Source: Okeania sp. | GTDB lineage: Bacteria > Cyanobacteriota > Cyanobacteriia > Cyanobacteriales > Microcoleaceae | Direction: 5' to 3' | NCBI RefSeq assembly: GCF_035285525.1 | Contig: NZ_JAYKGW010000037.1 | Coordinates: 1-25,374 of the forward strand | Length of the DNA stretch: 25,374 nucleotides | Part shown: positions 14,946-22,693 of the stretch, piece after piece | Layout of the letters: each line of letters begins with the position of its first letter | Position numbering within the stretch: the stretch's first letter is position 1 | Translations under genes and position numbers: made by a program | Notes under the pieces: generated by a model | What the model saw: the letters and a program-made list of their open reading frames with translations, nothing else | Told to the model about the DNA's origin: nothing | Databases searched by the model: none

Positions 14946-15788
14946 GTGATAAGTAGAAATAATTTAGAGATCAAACTAGAGCGCAATAGTTATAATAAAA
15001 CTGTAGTAACTCATCAATATACCAATCATCCTTTACGTTTATCTAATGTATTTCGTTTGGATGCTACCGATATGGGTACTGCTTACTTGTATCTTACCAG
15101 TACATCACCTGGGTTATTAGCTGGAGACAACTTGAATTTATCTCTAGATTTAGAAAAGGGAGCTAGTCTTTATTTTACCGATCAAGCTGCCATTAAAGTT
15201 CATGCTATGCCAATTACCGCTACCAAAGCAACAACTAACACAAAAATTAAAGTTAAAGCAGGAGCGAGATTAGAATTTGTAGCAGAACCTCTAATTTTGT
15301 TTGCAGATGCAGCATTAGAACAAACTACTCAGATTCAACTTGATTCTAATGCAGAACTTTTTTGGAGTGAGATTATGATTCCTGGTAGATTAGCTAGGGG
15401 AGAATGGTACAAATTTCGCTATTATTTTAGTCAGTTAAAGATGATTTCTATGACAGAAGAAATATGTTTTAAAGATGCTATTCACTTAGAAGGAAAAGAT
15501 AATTTATTTAAGGATAGTGATATATTTGCTTCCATGCCTATATTAGCTAATTTAATTGTTATTCAACCAAATATTAATCGGGAGTTACTGAGTCAAAAAC
15601 TGGAAAATATTGAGGCAGCTAATTGTTCAGAAATTCTTTTAGGTAGTTCTGTATTACCTAACAATAAAGGTTTATTAATTCGTGTTTTAGCTAGTAAAAC
15701 TATACAAATAAAACAGTATATTAAATATGCTTTAAATTGTGTTCGTAATTTAACTAATCGCTCCAGTTTACCCTATATTCCTAAATAA
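14946..15788 (+). CDS. ureD: Urease accessory protein UreD (UreH)
   Basis: 280 aa with a GTG start per the ORF track. HPLRLSNVF...YLYLTSTSPGLLAGDNLNLSLDL..GASLYFTDQAAIKVH is the typical UreD core. Confidence 0.85.
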   Translation: MISRNNLEIKLERNSYNKTVVTHQYTNHPLRLSNVFRLDATDMGTAYLYLTSTSPGLLAGDNLNLSLDLEKGASLYFTDQAAIKVHAMPITATKATTNTKIKVKAGARLEFVAEPLILFADAALEQTTQIQLDSNAELFWSEIMIPGRLARGEWYKFRYYFSQLKMISMTEEICFKDAIHLEGKDNLFKDSDIFASMPILANLIVIQPNINRELLSQKLENIEAANCSEILLGSSVLPNNKGLLIRVLASKTIQIKQYIKYALNCVRNLTNRSSLPYIPK

Positions 15789-15811
15789 ATTATAGTAATT
15801 ATCATAAGATT

Positions 15812-15919
15812 AATCCCCCTAAATCCCCCTTTGAAAGGGGGACTTTGAAGGTTTTCCCGCTGACAAAAGGTGACTTTTTCTTAACTCCCCCCTTACAAAG
15901 GGGGGCTGGGGGGGATACC
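15812..15919. repeat. Family-D double hairpin element in the ureD-ureE spacer
   Basis: aatccccctaaatccccctttgaaagggggactttgaag...ccccccttacaaaggggggctggggggg. Confidence 0.8.
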
Positions 15920-15991
15920 AATAAGTAACAGCTTTTCCAAGAAAATTTATAACAAAATTTTTGACTTTTATTTTTGACAGAGGTGTTTTAA

Positions 15992-16519
15992 ATGGTCGAA
16001 CAAATTAGAGAAATAGCAGAAACTTATATTGGTAATATAACCAAAGATACAAATCTAGAACAAAGGGTAAAATCAGCCCGCAGTTTAAACAATTATTTAG
16101 AAATATATCTGAGTCAAACTGATAGTTGTAAAGGCAGAATCCAAGCTCAATCAACTTCTGGAATTATTGTTGGGATTATTAAAAATAGAGATTGGTCTTT
16201 ATCTGAAGGAGATGTATTTATTACCAAATCTAATAAACTATTATTAATTCATTTACAAGAGCAAAAATTGATGGTATTAAGTTTTACTGAACCAGTAGAA
16301 AATTACGCCATAGAATTACTTCATCTAGGTCACGTTTTGGGAAATCATCACTGGCCGATTATTGTAAATAAAAATAAAATTTATATTCAATTAGTGGCAG
16401 ATGCAGAGATAATTGAAGACACTATTAACAAGTTTAAAATTCCTGGTTTAAAAATAGATTATGAATTTCGTTCTGCTCAAGAACATTTTCATTTTTCACA
16501 GCATAATCATCATGGCTAA
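15992..16519 (+). CDS. ureE: Urease accessory metallochaperone UreE
   Basis: 175 aa. It has HLGHVLGNHHWP (the conserved GN-H/R-H motif) and a His-rich tail HFHFSQHNHHG. Confidence 0.85.
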   Translation: MVEQIREIAETYIGNITKDTNLEQRVKSARSLNNYLEIYLSQTDSCKGRIQAQSTSGIIVGIIKNRDWSLSEGDVFITKSNKLLLIHLQEQKLMVLSFTEPVENYAIELLHLGHVLGNHHWPIIVNKNKIYIQLVADAEIIEDTINKFKIPGLKIDYEFRSAQEHFHFSQHNHHG

Positions 16520-16543
16520 ATAGAAAAATGTAGGTTAAAAAAT

Positions 16544-16653
16544 CTAACCCCCCAACCCCCTTCTATCCCCCCTAACCCCCCTTTGAAAGGAGGGAAGAAG
16601 GAAGGGGGAGAAAGACTCCCCTCTCCTTGCAGGAGAGGGGCTGGGGGAGAGGT
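16544..16653. repeat. Family-D-related GC-rich hairpin cluster in the ureE-ureF spacer
   Basis: ctaaccccccaaccccc...cccctaacccccctttgaaaggaggg...gactcccctctccttgcaggagaggggctgggggagaggtc. Confidence 0.7.
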
Positions 16654-16743
16654 CTTGAAGTTAGCTCCTTCCTAACCGACAATTTTAGTCTTGACAGGGT
16701 ACTACGCTTATTTCAATGTATTAATTATTTCTTCTTACTGGAC

Positions 16744-16870
16744 TGTTTCATCTAAAGCTGTGCAGAGCGATTTTCTCCCTTGTCTCCCTTGTCTTCCTTG
16801 TCTTCCTTGTCTCCTTTGTCTCCCTTGTCTAGAGACAATCAAAAAGTAATGCACCATTTAAGATGAAACA
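16744..16870. mobile_element. MITE-like unit: short inverted termini around a 9-nt microsatellite
   Basis: TGTTTCATCT(A)AA at 16744-16756 pairs with TTTAAGATGAAACA at 16857-16870. An inner GTGCA/TGCAC pair is present. The core at 16775-16830 is CTCCCTTGT-type 9-mers x6. Confidence 0.5.
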
Positions 16871-16876
16871 ATCCAC

Positions 16877-16906
16877 TACTCCCTAATCCCTACTCCCTAC
16901 TCCCTA
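16877..16906 (+). repeat. Heptamer array (TACTCCC/TAATCCC x4) abutting the ureF ATG
   Basis: tactccctaatccctactccctactcccta ends 2 nt before ATG 16909. Confidence 0.85.
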
Positions 16907-16908
16907 AA

Positions 16909-17601
16909 ATGACTGAAATATCCCAACAACTTGCCTTAATGCAGTTATCTGATTCTTTTTTTCCGAGTGGTTCTTTTACCTTTTCTCACGGATTAGAAAC
17001 TTTAGTTCAAAAAGGAAAAATTAATTCCCAAGCAGAAATTTTGTATTTCTTAAAAATATTATTACGCAATAAAGTTGGAGTGAGTGATGTGGTAGCATTA
17101 ATTCATAGTTATCGCGGTATTAAAAACGGAAATTTAGAGGCAGTAAAAACAGCAGATAAACAACTATTTATTCAAACAGCGATCGCTAAAAATAGAGAAA
17201 CTCAACGTCAAAGTGGACGTGCTTTATTAATGGTAGCTAATTCTACTTGGCAAGACGAACGATTAAAAATTCTCAATCAAGATGCTATTGAGGGAAAAAT
17301 ACACTGTTTACATCCAGTTATTTTTGGTACTATTAGTTCAGTAGCAGGTTTAAAAGAACAAGATGCAGTCTTAGCTTTTTTGCATGGTTTAGTAACAAAT
17401 ATATTGGGAGCAGCTATTCGTTTAGGAATTTTAGGACATATACAAACACAACAAATTTTACTGCAATTAGTACCAGATATTGAAGCAGTTTGTTCGACAG
17501 CTCCATCAATGAATTTAGAGGAAATGTGGTCTTGTACTCCTTTGATTGATATTGCTCAAATGCAACATTCTAAATTACCTCAAAGATTATTTGCTAATTA
17601 A
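16909..17601 (+). CDS. ureF: Urease accessory protein UreF
   Basis: 230 aa. LALMQLSDSFFPSGSFTFSHGLETLV is the UreF N-terminal signature. Confidence 0.9.
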   Translation: MTEISQQLALMQLSDSFFPSGSFTFSHGLETLVQKGKINSQAEILYFLKILLRNKVGVSDVVALIHSYRGIKNGNLEAVKTADKQLFIQTAIAKNRETQRQSGRALLMVANSTWQDERLKILNQDAIEGKIHCLHPVIFGTISSVAGLKEQDAVLAFLHGLVTNILGAAIRLGILGHIQTQQILLQLVPDIEAVCSTAPSMNLEEMWSCTPLIDIAQMQHSKLPQRLFAN

Positions 17602-17629
17602 TAATGAATAATGAATAATGAATAATTAT
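17602..17629 (+). repeat. Heptamer array (TAATGAA x3.9) directly after the ureF stop
   Basis: taatgaataatgaataatgaataattat. Confidence 0.85.
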
Positions 17630-17650
17630 ATAGAATCCTGTTCAACAGTT

Positions 17651-17728
17651 GTCATTGCGAGCGGTAGCGAAGCAATCTCAAGGGTTTTGCGAGATTACTT
17701 CCTTCTACTCCGTTCCAGTCGCAATGAC
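17651..17728. repeat. Family-H hairpin (GTCATTGCGAGCG...GTCGCAATGAC)
   Basis: The terminal arms gtcattgcga and tcgcaatgac are complementary. Inner ttgcgagattac / gcaatctcaa pairing is also present. Confidence 0.7.
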
Positions 17729-17820
17729 TTGAAAATAGTAATTTTTCGGACTTTATATTACCTCTTTTTATAAAGTAGAGAATTAGCCAAAAGAAACTTT
17801 TTATAACCAGTAAAAAATAA

Positions 17821-18096
17821 ATGATTAATCATTCACTCAAAGATTTTCAGCATAATCATAAGTATTTTGTGGAGCAAATTAAAGAAACACAAAAACCTCT
17901 TTTTTTAACAATTAATGGTAAAACAGAGATAGTTATTCAAGATGCAGTTGCCTATCAAAAATTATTGGCAAGATTAGATTATGCTGAATCAATAATTGCA
18001 ATCTGCCAAGGAATAAAATAATTTAAACATAGTGAAGGAAAACCTGCCCGTTTTGTATTAGCAGAGTTGAGGAAAAAACATGATATTTCAGATTGA
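17821..18096 (+). pseudogene. Phd/YefM-like type II antitoxin with an in-frame TAA at codon 67; no toxin partner
   Basis: ...KPLFLTINGKTEIVIQDAVAYQKLLARLDYAESIIAICQGIK, then TAA (18019-18021), then in the same frame FKHSEGKPARFVLAELRKKHDISD and TGA at 18094-18096. The downstream part resembles the usual C-terminal toxin-binding tail. The next 70 nt hold only a family-B repeat. Confidence 0.6.
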
Positions 18097-18100
18097 AATT

Positions 18101-18131
18101 CCCCTAGGGTTTGGTCTCCAAACCCCTACAG
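18101..18131. repeat. Family-B hairpin repeat
   Basis: cccctagggtttggtctccaaacccctacag. Confidence 0.85.
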
Positions 18132-18165
18132 TTTTTTTGACAAATAATTTACAATTTTCATCTAA

Positions 18166-19626
18166 TTAGTTGATACTTTCAAGTTTGTTTTTTAAATATT
18201 GTTTCCAAATAGGATTCAGAGCAAATACTGTCGAATTATTCTTTAACTTCCCATCTAATAATAACCGCTTTTTCAGAGATTGAATTAAGTTGATAGATTC
18301 CTGAATAGATAGTTCTGATTTTTTAATTATTTCTCCTATGGAAATAGATTCGTCTTGGTTAGCTATTTGCTCCATAATTCTAATTTCTACAGGAGATAAA
18401 TTTTGCAATTGTTGTTCTAATTCTCCTTGCAATGTCTCTGGTAAAATTAGGGTTTCATATTCCAGAAATTCTGCTACTTGACCGCTAAATAATTCTTGAA
18501 TTGTTGTTGCTACCATATCTAACCATCGGGGATTTCCTTGATAATTATTAATCAATTTTTCCCAACATTCTCGATCTGCTAATTTGTGTTTTTCACATAT
18601 TTCTTGAGCAGCATTTCCTAAACTTCCTAAAATAAAAGTTCGCACTGGATAATTTTCGGTTTCTAATTTGATAATTTCTGGAATTTTTTCTCTACTTATT
18701 AATAGCAAACAATTCTGATGAGAGACTGTGGCAAATAGTTGGAAAAAATCTTGATAATCTTCATAACCAGATTTATATTTACCTGCTATTTTTCCAGGAG
18801 AAAATAATTTTTGTATGTCATCAAATATGATGCAGCAACGATATTTTTCTAGGTACTTTTGGAGTTGTGATAATAGGGTTTCAATATTGTCTGAAGTTTC
18901 TGTTTCTGGTGCGAAAACTTTTAGGAGATTAGTCAGAGTTGTGGTGAGAGTGGGAGAAAAGCGAAGGGTGCGATAAATGATGTAATTAAACGTAGGGATT
19001 TGGTCTCCAAACCCATTCATACCATCCATCAAATTCGTAGGGGTTTGGTCTCTAAACTCATCTTGGTTTCCAAACCCATTTATTTCCTGAATTAATTTTA
19101 GAGCAAGGGTGGTTTTGCCCATACCACTTATTCCTAAAATAGAGATGACACGGAGGCGAGCGATCGCTATCCATTTTCATAAGATTGAAAGTTCTTCTTT
19201 GCGACCATAAAAGTTGATAATTTCTGGTGCTTTGTCGAGGTCGATAATATTTTGAGTTGGTGTTGTTTGAGTTTTGGTTTTTGTTGGGGAAGCGCGAGGA
19301 TTTGACGGACAAATATTAATGTTATTTGTTACGTTATTTTCACCGATAGCAGCAGGTGCAAAATTGTAAATTTTTGCATTTTCTAATATTGTTCTGAAGT
19401 TTGTTTTGGTAATATTTTCATCAAGTATTTCGGATAAAGTTTTCCATAATTTAGAACCGATATATCTGACATGAGTTTCGCTTGCATAAGTTTCCTCAGC
19501 AATTTTTTTGTAGGTTTGGTTTTCTAAAGTACGTTGCAATATTGTTTTTTGTAAGTGATCTAAATCTTCTCCAGTATGCTCAGAAATTAACTCTTCAGCT
19601 AACCTTAAGATTTCTTGAATATTCAT
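18166..19626 (-). pseudogene. HTH-STAND (NB-ARC/NACHT-like) P-loop NTPase with an in-frame TGA and an in-frame repeat insertion
   Basis: ORFs 19177..19626 and 18166..19122 are in the same frame (1461 nt = 487 codons). They are joined by ...FYGRKEELSIL-TGA(19177-19179)-KWIAIARLRVISILGISGMGKTTLALKL (Walker A). The N-terminus LQKTILQRTLENQTYKKIAEETYASETHVRYIGSKLWKTLSEIL is the HTH module common at the N-termini of cyanobacterial STAND proteins. CCIIFDDIQ is Walker B. The C-terminus is winged-helix-like. No WD40/TPR sensor repeats are present. Confidence 0.75.
18992..19078 (+). repeat. Family-B repeats (87 nt = 29 codons) in frame inside the STAND NTPase, just after the P-loop
   Basis: gtagggatttggtctccaaaccca...gtaggggtttggtctctaaactcatcttggtttccaaaccca. 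This translates on the minus strand as NGFGNQDEFRDQTPTNLMDGMNGFGDQIPT. Confidence 0.8.
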
Positions 19627-19812
19627 AGATTGGGAAATGTTAGGTGGTAGGGAAAATTATAACAAACAAATCGTACATTTCCTACAAATAGTACATACAA
19701 AATGAGGGGAAATTACCAACAATTCCTACTTGTAAAGCCAGATATTGATGAGACAATATCAAACTATAGTAGACTGACACATCTAATTTTGTGCATTAGG
19801 CAATTAGGCTCT

Positions 19813-19970
19813 GTAGGGGCGGGTTTCACAGTTAAGTTAACGAGTCTTTACATTAAGCTAGATAAACCCGCCCCCAATGATATAAGTAGTCGCCCTCCTG
19901 GGGGCGGGTTTATGTAAATCTTAGATTAAGCATGAAAATTTCTGCTCAAACCCGCCCCTACCCCATGCAC
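19813..19970. repeat. Two adjacent family-A hairpin units in the divergent spacer
   Basis: gtaggggcgggtttcacagttaag...gataaacccgccccc, then gggggcgggtttatgtaaatc...caaacccgcccctaccccatgcac. ORF 19702..19917 is an artefact of these units. Confidence 0.8.
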
Positions 19971-20052
19971 CATTTTAGGCGCGTCAGTCCAATAGCTTGG
20001 GTTAAGTTTATCTTGCAACCCAACCTACTTTATTCATTAAAACAGGGTAGTC

Positions 20053-21153
20053 ATGGTTACATTAAATTCTAAAAATTTATCGAAGTTTACTTTCAATGGA
20101 GGAGCAGGTAAAATAAATCAGACTTTAGTATTTAATACTAATGGTCAACAAGTTGGTAGCGCCTTTTACTTTAAACCAATTAAACTTGATAAAGATACTT
20201 CTTTTGAAACCAGCTTTTCATATATATCAGGAATAGATGTTGGCTTAACATTCCTGCTACATAACGATCCCAGAAAAGACAACACTTTATCAACTGACTC
20301 TTTTGATAGTGGGGAAGGAATTACATCAAGCATAGGTATAGAATTAGATGGTTTCGTCGATAATGAAGTCAATTTTAACATAAATGGTAATTTTACGCCT
20401 GCAGTTTCAATTCCCGCAAACGTACAGTTAAGTAATGCAGATGGAAGTATTAATGTTTGGATTGAATATAACGGTAAAAATGATCGACTAAAAGTTTTTA
20501 CAGCTAGCACGACTACTAAGCCTAGAACCCCTATTTTATCCACAAAAGTAGATATCGTAGATACTATAGGAAATAAAGCTTACGTTGGCTTTGGTGGTTG
20601 GAGTTTTTGGGATAATAATTTAGGTGTTAACGGTTGGAATTTTTCCACTTCTGACACCAGTTCAGGAACTGGCAAAAACATCAACGGTAACAACAAAAAT
20701 AACCGACTCGAAGGAACTAATAAAAACGAAACCATCGACGGCAAAAACGGTAACGACATTCTCATCGGTGCTGCCGGAAACGATACTTTAGTCGGCGGTG
20801 GCGGTGCAGACGATTTTGTTTTAGGCAGTGGCAAAGCTTACAAAAAAAATGACTTAGGTATTGATACTATCACAGACTTTCAACCCAACGTTGACGATAT
20901 TATTCTCGATACAGATACCTTTGTCACCCTGAAAAGTGATTTAGGAGAAGGATTTAGTATTCAGCGAGAATTTGCATCAGTTAAAAACAAAAAAGCCGTT
21001 GCTGGTTCAATCGCGGATATAGTTTACGATCGCTCTACTGGAGATTTATATTACAACGCCAATGGTGCTTTATCTGGTTTTGGCGGTGGCGGAAAAATCG
21101 CTACATTAGAAGGTGCGCCCAAAATTAGTGCGTCTGATTTTATCTTAGAATAA
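20053..21153 (+). CDS. Secreted (T1SS-type) calcium-binding protein: N-terminal L-type (legume-like) lectin domain plus RTX nonapeptide repeats
   Basis: The lectin-like blocks are FYFKPIKL...FETSFSY, VGLTFLLHND, SIGIELDGF, INVWIEYNGKNDRLKVF and AYVGFGG. The RTX repeats are GTNKNETIDGKNGNDILIGAAGNDTLVGGGGADDFVLG (~20683-20826). The C-terminal DIVYDRSTGDLYYNANG...ISASDFIL is typical of cyanobacterial RTX tails. There is no N-terminal signal peptide. Confidence 0.75.
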   Translation: MVTLNSKNLSKFTFNGGAGKINQTLVFNTNGQQVGSAFYFKPIKLDKDTSFETSFSYISGIDVGLTFLLHNDPRKDNTLSTDSFDSGEGITSSIGIELDGFVDNEVNFNINGNFTPAVSIPANVQLSNADGSINVWIEYNGKNDRLKVFTASTTTKPRTPILSTKVDIVDTIGNKAYVGFGGWSFWDNNLGVNGWNFSTSDTSSGTGKNINGNNKNNRLEGTNKNETIDGKNGNDILIGAAGNDTLVGGGGADDFVLGSGKAYKKNDLGIDTITDFQPNVDDIILDTDTFVTLKSDLGEGFSIQREFASVKNKKAVAGSIADIVYDRSTGDLYYNANGALSGFGGGGKIATLEGAPKISASDFILE

Positions 21154-21175
21154 TCGGTCTCTTTTTTTTCTTGTG

Positions 21176-21552
21176 GGACAGGCATCCTGCCTGTCCGAAA
21201 ATAGCCACTCGGAAAATAGCAGGAATCGGCAGGAACGGGCAGGATGCCCATTCCACAAATAGCTTCTCCGAAAATAGCAGGAATGGATAGGAACGGGCAG
21301 GATGCCCATTCCACAAATAGTCTCTCCGAAAATAGCAGGAACGGACAGGAACAGGCAGGATGCCCATTCCACAAATAGCCTCTCCGAAAATAGCAGGAAC
21401 GGACAGAAACGGGCAGGATGCCCATTCCACAAATAGTCTCTCGGAAAATAGCAGGAACGGACAGGAACAGGCAGGATGCCCATTCCACAAATAGTCTCTC
21501 GAAAAATAGCAGGAATCGCCAGGAACGGGCAAGATGCCCATTCCACAAATTT
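21176..21552. repeat. Tandem array of ~6.4 copies of a 58-bp unit (family-C derivative)
   Basis: Units start at 21238, 21296, 21354, 21412, 21470 and 21528, plus a degenerate first unit from ~21176. The consensus is ggcaggatgcccattccacaaatag.ctctccgaaaatagcaggaa.gga.aggaac.. Each unit carries a GGAA-c-GGGCA-gga-TGCCC-a-TTCC hairpin. Units are contiguous with no spacers. Confidence 0.9.
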
Positions 21553-21588
21553 TTCTTTTTATTCAATCCTCTCCCTAAAACGAAGAGG

Positions 21589-21639
21589 TAATTATCAATT
21601 ATCCATTATCCATTATCAATTATCCATTATCCATTATTG
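21589..21639 (+). repeat. Heptamer array (AATTATC/CATTATC x7) overlapping the 3' end of the Rpn gene
   Basis: taattatcaattatccattatccattatcaattatccattatccattatt. The last codons of the minus-strand gene (..SIMDNG-stop) are read from it. Confidence 0.85.
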
Positions 21640-22540
21640 AAAGGTTATCCAACCAACTCAATAAATCTGCTAAACTATTAAAATCAAAAATTGCCTTAAC
21701 TAAACTTTCTAAATTTTCACCCTTTAAATTAGAAAGGCGATCGCTAATATCTCGATCCACCTCTCCAAAACGTTGATTAACTAACAACATTACGAGTTCC
21801 GTTTTACCTTCTGCTCTACCTTCTTCTTTCGCATAATTTATTTTTCCTCTCTCATCCTGGAACATCATTGCTCGTCTATCATATTCTTCTAATTCTTCCT
21901 TACTAAAATTAGCTTGATTCGCAATATTTAGAGCGCGTTCAATTTCTGGCACTTCCCCTAAAGGTTCGGGAATTATATTCAAACTAGCAGTTTCTTTTAA
22001 AAAGAAAATCCACTTATCAATTAAACTTTCTAATTGCTCTAATTTTTTCTGAAATTTTGGCAATTCCACAAATATTAATTTTAAATCATTATTTATATAG
22101 GCAACATTTTCTACCTCCTCTTTAAACACAAATTTATTGATAGCTTTTGGAAGTTTATCAACATCAAACATCTTAAAATCAGTAATTGTCACAGCTATTA
22201 CTGGATTTAGTAGAAAATAAAGTTCGCCTTTTTCTAATTGATTAGCATAAGTTTTACACAAATTATAAGATACTCTTTTATCAAAAGCTTGCATCGGAGA
22301 AACTTGCATTTCAATAATCACTATTGAATTGTCAGATAATGTAGCTCGAATATCTAAATAAGTATCTTTTAAAGATTCTATTTGACTAGGATTATAGGGA
22401 TTATTAATTGTCAAAGATTGGATGATTTTTTTACCATCATAAATAATAGCATTCAGAAAACTGATAAGTATTTGTTGAGATTGATTAGAACCAAATATTT
22501 TTTTAAAGGCATAATCAACTTTAGGACTGATAAATTTCAT
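21620..22540 (-). CDS. Rpn-family recombination-promoting nuclease / putative transposase (PD-(D/E)XK, YhgA-like) with a DUF4351-like C-terminus
   Basis: MKFISPKVDYAFKKIFGSNQSQQILISFLNAII is the hallmark N-terminus. The nuclease core is DIRATLSDNSIVIIEMQV. The C-terminal GRAEGKTELVMLLVNQRFGEV...L...LESL resembles DUF4351. Confidence 0.85.
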   Translation of the reverse strand: MKFISPKVDYAFKKIFGSNQSQQILISFLNAIIYDGKKIIQSLTINNPYNPSQIESLKDTYLDIRATLSDNSIVIIEMQVSPMQAFDKRVSYNLCKTYANQLEKGELYFLLNPVIAVTITDFKMFDVDKLPKAINKFVFKEEVENVAYINNDLKLIFVELPKFQKKLEQLESLIDKWIFFLKETASLNIIPEPLGEVPEIERALNIANQANFSKEELEEYDRRAMMFQDERGKINYAKEEGRAEGKTELVMLLVNQRFGEVDRDISDRLSNLKGENLESLVKAIFDFNSLADLLSWLDNLSIMDNG

Positions 22541-22693
22541 AATAACTAATGGAATTCCAGTTAAGTAGGCTTTACCTAACTTATACTATATTTTCAACCA
22601 ATCTATCCAAACTAATTCCTACTCAAAAGTAATGAATTAATAGCTAGTAATGAATTAATATAGCATTTCCCTTTCCTTGTAAGGTACATTGAT

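Noticed and set aside
4394-19179. Stop-codon reassignment (TAA/TGA read as sense) as the explanation for the in-frame stops
   Set aside because: The clearly functional genes in the same window (nadE, mpg, ureG/D/E/F, GT2, sulfotransferase and others) terminate at TAA, TAG or TGA at the family-expected lengths. The standard code therefore applies.
19058-19312. 84-aa minus-strand ORF overlapping the STAND gene junction
   Set aside because: It is out of frame relative to the continuous HTH-STAND reading frame and has no recognisable motifs.
19702-19917. 71-aa plus-strand ORF
   Set aside because: It is made up largely of family-A hairpin repeats (GAGFTV.., PGGGFM read from GGGGCGGGTT).
20166-20834. 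Minus-strand ORFs 20166..20543 and 20580..20834
   Set aside because: They are antisense to the lectin-RTX gene, whose frame carries clear domain signatures.
21176-21552. Possible CRISPR array
   Set aside because: The 58-bp units are directly contiguous and conserved along their whole length. There are no unique spacers and no cas genes in the window.
21051-21566. Three overlapping minus-strand ORFs (21051..21566, 21140..21541, 21145..21546) encoding WNGHPA../GILPVP.. repeat proteins
   Set aside because: They are the same 58-bp DNA repeat read in three frames. The period is not a multiple of 3, so no frame is preferred. They are an artefact of a stop-free tandem array.
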